Below are positions 24,901-36,900 of a stretch of 64,000 nt of DNA, piece after piece; within the stretch, counting starts at the first letter, position 1; the number at the start of each line of letters is the position of its first letter. A program made the translations under genes and the position numbers. Where the stretch lies: contig CAIIXF020000001.1 of assembly GCA_903813345.2 (NCBI GenBank), positions 26,908,001-26,972,000 of the forward strand. Reading direction: 5' to 3'. Under the pieces are notes generated by a model. The model did no database searches and was not told the origin of the DNA. It was given only the letters and a program-made list of their open reading frames with translations. The stretch comes from Owenia fusiformis. Its lineage: Eukaryota.

Positions 24901-27900
24901 TCCAGAAAACTGCCTAAGTTTTGTAGTTCCAAAAATCCCGTAAATCAGAGCCACATAGTCCCGTTCGTCAAAAGTCAATATGCTATCTGCTCCAACATCA
25001 GTGGCTTATAATCATCTAGGACTATCGGGCTAATAGTCAGCGAAAAACTTCCTAAGTTTTGTAGTTCCAGAAAATTCCTCTAATAAGCCAATAAATTCAT
25101 CCAGGTTTTCACAGCAATGGCTTATAATCATCAGTTGCTACTTCATCAGGCTAAGAGAAGTCAATAGTCAATAGTCAATGGTCAGTCATCCCATGTAGCA
25201 GATCGACTATGTTCTTCAGATAGCAGAAAACTTCTAAGTTTTGTAGATCCAAAATATCAGCTAAGTTTTGCAGTTAGCAAAAACGACTAAGTTTTGTAGT
25301 TCCAAAAATTCCTCTAATAAGCCAATAAATTCATCCAGGTTGTCACATCAATGGCTTATAATCATCAATGGCTACTTCATCAGGCTAAGAGAAGTCAATA
25401 GTCAATGGTCAGTCATCCCATGTAGCAAATCGACTAAGTTCTTCAGATAGCAGAAAACTTCTAAGTTTTGTAGATCCAAAATATCAGCTAAGTTTTGCAG
25501 TTAGCAAAAACGACTAAGTTTTGTAGTTCCAAAAATTCCTCTAATAAGCCAATAAATTCATCCAGGTTTTCACAGCAATGGCTTATAATCATCAGTTGCT
25601 ACTTCATCAGGCTAAGAGAAGTCAATAGTCAATGGTCAGTCATCCCATGTAGCAGATCGACTATGTTCTTCAGATAGCAGAAAACTTCTAAGTTTTGTAG
25701 ATAGCAAAAATGACAAAGTTTTGTAGTTCAAACAATTCCTCTAGTAAGCCAATATTTTCATCTAGGTTGTCACATCAATGGCTTATAATCATCAATGGCT
25801 ACTTCATCAGGCTAAGAGAAGTCAATAGTCAATAGTCAATGGTCAGTCATCCCATGTAGCAGATCGACTATGTTCTTCAGATAGCAGAAAAACGACTAAG
25901 TTTTGCAGATAGCAAAAATGACAAAGTTTTATAGTTCCAGAAAACTGCCTAAGTTTTGTAGTTCCAAAAATCCCGTAAATCAGAGCCACATAGTCCCGTT
26001 CGTCAAAAGTCAATATGCTATCTGCTCCAACATCAGTGGCTTATAATCATCTAGGACTATCGGGCTAATAGTCAGCGAAAAACTTCCTAAGTTTTGTAGT
26101 TCCAGAAAACTTCCTAAGTTTTGTAGTTCAATAACTTCCCTCAATAAGCCATTTAATTCACCTAGAATCCAACACCAGTGGCTTATAATCATCTATGGTT
26201 ACTACCTCAGGCTAATGAAGTTCAATTAGGCAAGTCAATCATCCCATGCCATCCTTCAGTTAGCAGAAAACTTCCTAAGTTTTGTAGTTCCAAGAATCGT
26301 CTAAGTTTTGCAGTTAGCAAAAACGACAAAGTTTCATAGTTCCAAAGATTCCATAAACCCGAGCCACATAGTCCCGTTCGTCAAAAGTCAATGCGCAGAA
26401 AGCCCCCGAGTCACGTCCGCCACCGTATTTATACCCCAACATGTATGTAACATGTGTTTTGCACACGAAACTATCTGCCTAACCAATCATAGCTCACGAG
26501 CGGCTGATGCAATACCTGGCCAGTCACTGGAATCCCAGCCAGGATATCACTAGTGCATAATTAATTAATATGATGCAATGATGACATAACTTTTGCAAAA
26601 AATTAGCTTCACCTAACAATCACGATCTCTGGTTTTTAACACAGAACAAACATATATCTTGCAATTAACTAGCTAGATTAAGATATAAACTAGATAAATA
26701 TAACAAAAACCAATCATCATTGGCTCTAATTATGGCGAAATTGCAAGGAAAAACGAGTTATTGAATGTAGGTCAACAGAGCTCTCTAATAGGAGGTGAGA
26801 AAATGCACACAAACGAAAGCAAAATAAATCTCCCAGAAAAGAGTAGTTTACACTATTCCCAGTACACCTAAAGTGTTCTATTCATAAATATAACTATATA
26901 AGCTGTCAACTGTGACTGGAAAACACTTTCCTACTGTCAAAACTGTCTAAAGTGCTAAAAAACGGCACTGGACTCCAAAAATAAAATTTTGAAAAATTGA
27001 AAAATTCGTTACAATAAGTTAACTGTATATATACCTGAGGATGATAGCGTCTCGGTCTATTTGTGCTCTCGAGAACATGGAAAGTAAATAGGCATATATT
27101 ATGAAATTGAGATCTTACCATACCATCTAGTGGACTTGGTAAGGTATTCTTCTTAAATCGCAGTCATACACTGCCTTGTGTATAACGGTTTCTAGTCACT
27201 CCTTGTGATGAGATTTGTGTAGTTATCTTGATTGCAGATCAAATCCGTCACTTCTTGTGAGGAGGAAGTCATTCGTCACTTTTGTGCGAAAAAGTTCATC
27301 ACTTCTTGTGAGAGTTAATGTGTGTCATCACTACTTGTGAGAGTTAATGTGTGTCACCACTACTTGTGAGACAAAGTTCATTGTTCATTGAGATGAAAGT
27401 TCTATATACATCGGCCCTTGTGGAATCCTAGTGGCCCTCTGATCCTTGAGTGAGATTTATCCCCTGAAACAATATAAATAAATATTGTTTACAAAGTGTA
27501 ACTGAACATGTAATATAGGGTAGGGCGAGGTGGGCGACATGTATAAAATCTCAGCTACATCTCGTTCATGAAATTCCAATTTCATGGCGAGATTCTTATG
27601 AAATTGAGAAATTTCAATATCACTCGATGTAGCTTTCGATTTTATACATTGCCTGTTTAAAGCTAATCTCACCTCAAGATTGTAGATGAGAAGTCTGTGA
27701 CATCTTTTTTGTAAAATCTGAAAAAAGTCATTGCATTTGACCAATTGCCAGTATTTACTATTTGGTTTATAGACAATCCTTTGGTCCAGGCCTTTGACGT
27801 GGAGGCAGCTCTAGTTGAGTGAGCTTTATATGTGTTGGTATCTATGCCCGCCTGTTCCATTGTTGCTTTCAGCCAGTTGGCAATGGTACAAGAAACTACA

Positions 27901-30900
27901 TATCTGGGTTTTGGAGGTTTTGAATTAAAGAAACCTTTCATTAAGGAAATTATAGTTGGATGTTGACCTACCTTCATGCCCTCTATTGGATTGTGGTAGG
28001 CTGAAATTGCAGATCTGTAGCCATTTATAGTGGAATACAACTTACCTGTTTCGAATAGGTAGGTAAGGAAGTTGGCTATATTTGCCACAGAGGATTGAAG
28101 TGGAGAATAGCCCCGTTCAGAACACCAGCTTTCCCACTTTTTCCAGCTGCTGTTGTAAGCAGCTGATGTACCTGTTCTCCTGGCTTGGAGGAGGACTTTG
28201 GCAGTGTTTTTTGAAAACCCTTCTGCTTCATACCTGACCCTGAGATTCTCCAAGCCCCTAGATGCATTTTCCCCTCTGTTATCATTGGGTGGGTTTGCTG
28301 TAGGGGTGATTTCAAGAGACTGTCTGATGTTGGGAGAAGTATTGGTATTGCTATTGACATTTGAATTAGCATGGGGTACCAAGGTTGGTTTTGCCAGATT
28401 GGGGCAATCAGAATGATTTCTGCTAGATCCCTCTTTACTTTCTCCAGTAGTCTGCCTATAAGGCAGAACGGAGGAAAGCAGTAAAGCAGTCTGTTGCTCC
28501 AGTTCTGAGTAAATGCGTCGGTTGCCATCGCAAATGGATCTTTCTTCCAACTGATGTATGCGTTTAACTGTGCATTCATCCTGCTGGCAAAGAGATCCAC
28601 TTGTGCTGGCCCCCATATTTTGTTTATTTGGAAGAAAATGGATTTCTCCAGCATCCAGTCTGATTGATCTTTGAATATTCTGGATGCCGTGTCCGCTATT
28701 ACATTGGACTTCCCCTCCAGGAACTCTGCTATAAGAGTGATCTTCCTGGTGAGACAAAAGTCGAATATTGTTTTCGTTAGTTCGACAAGGGCTTTTGATC
28801 TGGTCCCCCCCCAGTTTGTTCAAATGGCTCATTGCTGTCATGTTGTCTGTTCTGATTAGGATATGAATGTTGGAGAGATTCTTTGTGAATGACTGAATTG
28901 CGAAATGTATTGCTTTGAGTTCCAGAAAATTTATGTGGCATGTTTTCTCTTGAGGGTTCCAGTGGCCCTGTATAATCTCCCCCTTTGAGACGGCCCCCCA
29001 CCCTGTTAGGGAACTGTCTGTTGTTATCGTTAGATCGGGTTCTTTTAGTTTTATCGCCCTCCCATTCCAATGATCTAATTGGGTTATCCACCATGTCAGT
29101 TCTTGTTTGACTTCTGAAGTAAGGAGGACTGTTGCAGAGTATGATTGTTTTGACCTCTTCAGACCCTGTGTTTTCAGAAACTGTAGGTGTCTGTAGTGGA
29201 GGGGAGCTGGTAATATTGCCAAAACTGTTGAAGAAAGTTTGCCTATCATTTGGGCCACCTCTGAGAGTGTGGCTTCTTTCTGATGATAAAGTTCCTTGCA
29301 TTTCATTTTGATTTTCAATGATTTTTCTATTGGTAGACTGAGTGTTAGATTCTGGGAATTGATGATGAAGCCTAGGTATTCTATTGTTTGTGTGGGCGTT
29401 AGAGTTGATTTTTCCCAATTTATCAAGAACCCGAGATTCTGAAGTAGGTAAATTGCTGTTTGAGCTTGGTTTTTGAGTGCTTTGGGGTGTTTGTTTAGAA
29501 TTATTAGATCGTCGAGATAGATAATGCACCTGAACCCCAGTTTTCTCATGATTGACATGGGCACTTTGAGAATTTTGGTGAATACCCTTGGACTGGACCC
29601 CAGGCCGAACGGGAGTGTTTTCATTTGATAGGTTGTGTTTTCCCATTGAAATCGGAGGTATTTCCGATGTTGTTTCGCAATTGGAACCGTCAAGAACGCA
29701 TCCCTCAAGTCGACCTTGATCATGAAATCGTTTTGTTCTACCATATGTTTGAGCATTGACATGTTCTCCATCTTGAAGTGATGGTATTCTACAAAATGGT
29801 TGAGAGGTTTGAGGTTTATGATTGTTCTTTTTGACCCGTCTTTTTTCGTTCTTAGGAAGAGATGGGATAGAAATTGATCGTTTGATGGGTTTGTTATTTC
29901 TATTGACATTTTTATTTCCAAAAGTTTTTTTATCTCTTTTGACATTTCTTGACGTTCCATTGCACTGAAGTTTGGCCAGTAAGGCGTAAACTCTAGCATG
30001 TATCCCTTGACTGTATTTAAAATGTTCGGATCTGAGGATACTTTCTCCCAATTTGCTACAAACCATTTGAGTCTGCCTCCTGTTGGGATGTTGCCCTTGA
30101 CTTGAATGAAGCCTAGATTCAACACATACTGACTTACCTCTCCTGTTAGGTTTGGGTTCGTCTGGCATGACTGACCTGGTTTTGTTTGAGGATAATTTGT
30201 TTTTAACATACCTGGATTTCCCTCCTCTGGAGGATTTGTTTCCCCTGGCACCACCTCTGGAGTTTCCTCTTGGTGTGACACCTCTTTGGGATCCGCCTCT
30301 TTGTGACGAGCGGTCGTATTTCGCCCCCCGACTACTTGCAGTTGAGGGGCCCTGGAGAAAGGGCTTGTTGAAGCTTCTTGAGAAACTTTTCTTTATTTTG
30401 TCCATTTCCTGTTTTTCTGAACTCTCTTTCTTGAGAGACTTGTAAAGTTCACGATTCATTAGTGATTTCTTGCATTTATTGAGTTCTTTCTTGTTTTCCT
30501 TTAGAAAGGTTTTCGCTTGATTTTTTTGAAAACCAAAAATAGGGACAAGAATTTCTAGTCGCCTATAAAATGTCAACATTTTGAAACTTTGGCCGAGTAA
30601 CAATATTGCTTGGTCAATTAAGTTTCTCAGGATGTTTCTTTCTAGCTTCTCGGTTGAATGAGAAAGTTTCCAAAGGGCCCCCAAGGGTCCCATGACATCT
30701 GACAATTTATGTTGAACAGTTTTAAGGTTGTTATCAGTTTTCTTGTGGTTTTTATTAGACATTTTATCTAAGTGTTTCCCTATTTTAGGGGGAACAATGA
30801 ATTTTGAGTCTGGTTTAGGAGACTTGAGGAGCATATTGTCAACATCGTCTTGGTTTAAAAGGTCTTCTTGCCAGTATTTTTTTAAGTACTGTTCATGTTC

Positions 30901-33900
30901 ATGACTAAGGCTCCATTGTCTTGATTTAAGTTCGTGAAAAGGGTCAAAAAGTGAAGACTTCTTTTTGCTTGAGACTTTAGCTCTTTTTTTGTGTTTAGAA
31001 TGTTTACCAGTGCGTGACTTGTAAGCACTACTATCTGAGGAGCTTGAGTCTGAACTTGAGTCAGAACTTGAATCTGTTGATTCAGAGCTACTTGTATTGA
31101 AAGACCTGTCTTTGGTACGTGTTGAGTTACCCTTGTGCCTTTTAGGCCGTTGAGACTCGTCACTAGAATCGGAGTCTGACTCCTTCAATGGAGTCCTGTT
31201 ACCACTAGACATTGTGAAATGATCAGAGTTACGTTTGCCTGTGGTTGGGTGACTATGTCTATCTTGGCGATTAGCCCTACTAGACGTATCGTCTGAATGG
31301 CGATTAGCCCTATCAGTTTTCTCACTAATGTCAGTTTCCCCGCTCAAAATTTCATTATCTTCTTGAGAAACTTCTTTTTCCACATCATTGTCTCTATTTG
31401 ACTCACCTTCTTTCCTTGAAGTTGAAGGTAAACTTGTTTGTTTGTTACTCATTGTGTGAGAGACTGATAAATAAATGTGCACTCGTGCCTAATGAGACAT
31501 GTCCAAGATGGAGACTGTCGACGTGGCAAATTGAATACTTGGAAAAATTTGAATTCCTATTTCCGTTTCCGTGTGTGTTAGCTCGAGAGCGAAGAGCAAA
31601 TAGGCCGAGACGCTATCATCCTCAGGTATATATACAGTTAACTTATTAATGAATATTAATGAGGTTGAAACGCTGATTGGTTGCGAGCAACGGCAATGTA
31701 TAAAATCGAAAGCTACATCGAGTGATATTGAAATTTCGATCGTACCCCAGGCTTAGAAGTTCATTTCGAAGGAGGATTGGCTCCCATGGTTCCATCTCGA
31801 TATTTTACCATAAATGGGTTCATGTGGTTATAGTGCTGATACAAAATAATAAAGGGTGAGTTTTCAAACTAGAGTCCATTTCACTGCTTGATTTCGTCAG
31901 TAGAACAGCAAAAATAAGAAATTGGGAGACCATTGTGCAATAATATATGGAAAAGTATATTCATAATGTACATGAATGACATTTGTATATCTTGCATTGC
32001 TTCTAGTTTGGCTTATAAAGTGTGTGGCCTCTTATATTTGGATGTTTCTCTGCCATGTTATTTTCAATAAGATTAACATGGCTGAAATTCTTCAAATTAC
32101 ACAAAAAACTAAAAAATCTGAAATATACAAATGTCATTCATGTACGTTATGAATATACTTTTCCATTTATTAATGCACAATGGTCTCCCAGTTTCTTATT
32201 TTTGCCGTTCTACTGACGAAATGAAGCAGTGAAATGGACTCTAAACAGAGTGCTCCTACCAAAATGAATTTGCCTACATACCCCTGAGACTCTTATCTGA
32301 TAGATAGAATGCACAAATAAAACAAAAGTTTTGCTATTAATTATAGGTAAAAAGTTAAATTTCGAAGTGATCTTACCTGTTAATTCTTTCATAGGTCCGC
32401 CAATTTTGCGGAAGTTACACTGAAACACAAATTCCATGAAATGAAACGAAATCATTAGAAAAAACATGGCACACATCATGCATACGTGCATAAAAGTTTA
32501 AACCAATGAGATTATTTGAATATTTTGCGCACATGATAAAAGCTAACCACAATTTACTTGAGTCTCTAGCTTACAGCTAGATGAAACTTCATTGATTTCG
32601 TATGTAATCTAGAAAAAGTGTCACACGCACCTAGAACTCCTATTTAATTATTCTTATGAATATATATAAAAATATTTATCATATATCTAGTTGAAAGCCC
32701 ATATCTGGATCAAGATATTTCAAAATTTCTTTTCGGAAAGAACCTCAAATTCAACAGATCCGCCATTTATACAGCTCTCTCAGCTTAATTAAAATATATA
32801 TAACAATCGATTAGAACCGGGATATAAGTTGATATTCTGCAAATGTGTACATAAAGGTATGTTTCACATAATTGTGCCATAACAGCTGTGCGTGTGTCAC
32901 CATGATTTACAAATATTGAATATCAGGGCGGCTGTAAACAATCACTCAAAGTCAGTATATAGAGAAGGACCTAAGTAAACCACATTAAACAAAGCTGGGG
33001 CAGATTACCTTACTCCATTTTAGGGAAATTTCAGCTCAAACTCGTGACAAATGCATTATGCATATGCTGGTATGAAGCCTTGGAGACACTCATTTTGGTA
33101 AATATTATTCACGGTGTATACTTTTCTGCAGTTTGTTGGAGTTTGGGACATTAAATGTTAAATTTCAAGAAAACATTCCAATTATACGACTTATCAATTA
33201 ATTTGTATCAGCACTATATTACAAAATTCGAAATTACAGCTGCCCCTTTTTCATTCAAGAGAATTGGAATCACAAGTTTTGGTCTTATTTTCAAACAAGA
33301 AATTTCAGTGAAGAAGTGATCAAGATATTAGTTCAAATCTTTTGGATCGCTGATAGCCAGGTATAATGTAGTACAAAATAATGACATTTTCAATGTTTTC
33401 ATCATTCTAGATCAAGATTATTAGAATATCAGCCATTCTCCTTAGATTTTATTTATGCGAATTTTGCCTTACTTTGAAATCAACATTGAACAAATTGCTT
33501 GGAGATTGAAAATAATGAATCAAAACCAAAGAGGATTGGTTTCCAGGGTTCCAACTCAATATTTTAATCTCCACGCAATTTGTTTGGAGCTTTCACCAAT
33601 ATATGCCTTTTTATGGCTTTTATGTGCAATTATGTGCAAAAATGTTGAAAATTCCCAAAGTAGGCCTTTAACAGTAGATTGAAGAGGAGGGGAAACCCCA
33701 GAGCTTAAGAAATTATAGATATAATTACGTCTCATGCTTACCATCGTTTGTTTGAATTTTCACTGGTTAGTTTCCTAATACCAGAGATTTGATTTGATAA
33801 TGAGCTTTCAATAGAAGGGTAGGCAACTTCCCATATTTCATACATAAGCATTGTCTTGGGTTTTCAAAATTGGAGAAAAATGCTTCCTGTAGACATTCCA

Positions 33901-36900
33901 AGGAAAATCTTGTTTTGTGCATTTCATGTATGATTTTAAGAAATAACACAAAAAAATAAAAACATGATTATCTGCATACATGTTGACAAAAACAAATACC
34001 CTCTGTGAAAAAAAGGTGCATGCATGGTCCTTTATCATTCATAACATTTTCAAAATTTTTTATTTATGATATTACTAAACTCTTGGAGGCGCATGGCATA
34101 AATATTGTGAATAACTGGTGAAAATTTGAAAAAAATGATGAAAATTTGAAAAAGTTAGCAATGGTTAAATACATTGTCTCACAAACTCACTAATGTGACT
34201 TTTTTCATTAAATGACGTCAAAAATTACAATTAGCTATTATACAGTATAGTTCATTTTCCTCTAAGCCTGGGATAGGTTTGAAATAAACATTGACACACT
34301 GACAGAAAATTGTGGAAGTGCTAAAATCCACCTAAAACATGATTTTTAGACAATTTTACGCCTCACATAGCAGTGAACTTAGGGATGGATCTCACCATTT
34401 TACTCAATAAACATATTTATATATCACATCTGACATAAATTTTGACATGGATATGCTAAGTATAGGATGTATAACATATTTATGGATCATTGAGAAAGAT
34501 TAAGGGTTATAATTCTCTTACAATTTCCAGTTTTTGTAATATATGTCACCCCTCCCCCTAATTTTGAACTGAAAAGAGACGTCTGAATCTGAAGGTTATT
34601 ACCTCAAATTCTATCACAAAATAATCATAATTAATCGGACATTCATTATACAACGTATATTTGTCACAGTTTTATAGGATTTCAAATTTTTAAAATGGTG
34701 TATTCCTCTAAACGTCACTAACAATTTCATGTCTCAGAAGATCCCCTTCTTGACCACATTGCTGAGTATGGGATTTTTCTTTATGACGTCAATTTATGGT
34801 AAAAAGTCACACTCACGATTTTGGGAGTTGTTATATTCGATCAATTCTAACTTTTTACAATATTACCGAAATTCTTTGAAATTTTCTCCATTTGGTCAAA
34901 GTATACACATATTATACTTCTGAATGTTTGGTCGAAAAATAAAAAAGATATGATTGGTAAAAGACAATGCACCTTTTTTTCTTAACAGAGGGTACATAAA
35001 TCTAAATCTTTTTGAAATATTACCAAAAAAGGGTAGCATGGCACCGCTCATTTTGAATTTCTCATGTAATAACACAGAGTAGCATTCACGTCTTGAAAGC
35101 CTAGATGATTTGATATTTGATCTGATATGGCATATATTGATGTGAAATAACAAGCCATAATGTTGGTTAAAATGCCAGATAATATTATTCAAAGTGTTTT
35201 TAAAAAATTTTGAAACTGCCATTTGTTTGTTGATTTAACCAATCAGCGTCGTTTTCATCTCAATGCACATTTACATTGTAGACATATGTCATCTCTGAAC
35301 CCTGGGGGTTTTCCCCCTCTTAGAAGATTGTCAATATAATGTTGTGACATAATTGACTGTGTTACCATAACAACCATAATTTAGCTTAACCATAACTTAA
35401 TTATAATTTAGAATAGGAATAAAACAATATACATGTTTGAAAAAAGTTATGAGGATTTATGGATATACATATACATGTACCTACATTATGTTATTGTGTT
35501 ATTGTTTCAGAAACCTGTCAAGGAGATGCCAGCATACAACTATATCTTAGAACAATTTCGAACACATCAAGTAACCAGTGAGAGAATATGTAAAGGCCAT
35601 AATGATGTGCAACACCTGGGACTTACTTACCTAAGCTATTTATCAAATGTTAGAAAAAATCAGGTACATATTTTGATTTTCATATAATACAAAGAAATAC
35701 AATGCTATTACCATCTAATAGCCTGACCAAATGTTTTATGGTCAGTCACAATATATGTAATAGAAGAACCTAAGTATAAAGCTCTTTTGAGTATGATACT
35801 ACAATTGTTATACATTTGTATAACATGTGACTATTGAAAATGTTGAAAATTATTGAGCATTTGCTATTTATTTGCTATTGAATTTATGAAATCTGGAGTG
35901 GAAATGTCGCCACCTCTTTTGTGTTTATGATTCTCAAAGAAATGACTTGTCACTTTGAAGTAGCAAAATCACTATATCATGTATGTTTAACTGTTTGTAT
36001 GGATTCTGAATCATCGATGTTATGTTTTATTACTAAAGTGTCATAGGTTGCAATCTTTACTATATACTTCACTACTCTTCTCTGTCTGTGTAGGTAAATA
36101 GTAGCTACATGTATATTTATTTCTACCATTTGAGTACAGTAAAACCTGTGTATAGTGAACATTTTTTTGCCGAGAAAAAATGTTCAATGTCTTACTGTTG
36201 GTAGGTGTTCACTACAGCAATGATTTGTTATATAAACTAATATAGACTTATTTTAGACTGACTGTCATCTGAATGGATCATCCTTTAATTTTCAAATTTT
36301 AATCTCTTTATACATTTTTGTTGTGTTATAATAATCTCATTGAGATGATCCTTGAAATAATGGAATCCTTGACACATTTGAGTCAGTTAAAGGACTTTAT
36401 TGAATCAACTAAAGGATGTGATAGAGTCAATTAAGAGTGATCATTTTAATTTTAATTCAATCTGTTTTTCAAATTGATTGGAATGAGAAAAAGATTGATG
36501 CTGTATTTTCATATACTCGCGGGTGCAACATACCCGCACAGCATGTAATGAGCCTAATCATTAGTGTAAAAATTTCTCCAGGCGGGATGATATCAGAATT
36601 AGCGGGATGATATCGATATCAAACCTGATATCATCCCACTAATTCCAATATCATCCCTATCCCAAATATGTGATTCATCACTTGATGATGTATACCTGAT
36701 ATTGCCCTGACCATGGTATATATCTTTTATATGACCATATTATTTTTGTCAAAATACCCAAAATGACATATGTATTCCAATACTCTTTGAAAAATGTTTC
36801 ATTTTATTTTGCCTATATAAAAGAGATTGAAGAAGATAAGATAAACTGTTCAGTAATATATAATTGTGTTTTAATAACCTTTTTTTGAATCATTGTAAAA

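Larger units (their letters stand above)
16317..27013 (-). mobile_element. Gypsy-type LTR retrotransposon, non-autonomous (Gag plus protease only), 10697 bp
   Basis: LTRs 16317-20175 and 23155-27013 with TGT...ACA ends; 4 bp TSD ataa (16313-16316, 27014-27017); PBS and PPT present. Confidence 0.95.
16188..31736 (-). mobile_element. Full-length DIRS1-like retrotransposon (about 4.85 kb once the nested LTR element is removed)
   Basis: 5' ITR about 31595-31736; the 3' ITR is split into 16188-16316 plus 27014-27065; ICR 27538-27654 is complementary to both termini; both ends and the ICR junction carry AAATTT; gag, RT/RNase H/MT and YR frames present. Confidence 0.93.

Noticed and set aside
17395-26553. 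Repeated 60-81 aa ORFs (MQLAKTTKF...) and LQNL repeats on minus
   Set aside because: TTG-start or short frames within the LTR array; the 26/27 bp sub-repeat spacing breaks frame, so an LRR-like protein is not supported
16317-27013. Segmental duplication or assembly artefact for the 3.86 kb direct repeat
   Set aside because: TG...CA ends, TSD, PBS and PPT at the exact boundaries identify LTRs
16860-27372. CRISPR-like repeat-spacer arrays
   Set aside because: Eukaryotic context, spacers are themselves repeated, no cas genes
27669-30281. 870 aa RT-recombinase fusion in the ORF track
   Set aside because: Artefact of the extra G at 28805-28812; the natural continuation of RNase H is the MT frame
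33683-35320. Possible 1.6 kb Kolobok-like element
   Set aside because: Only a weak terminal match (aggggaaaccccag / ctgggggttttcccct) and no clean TSD
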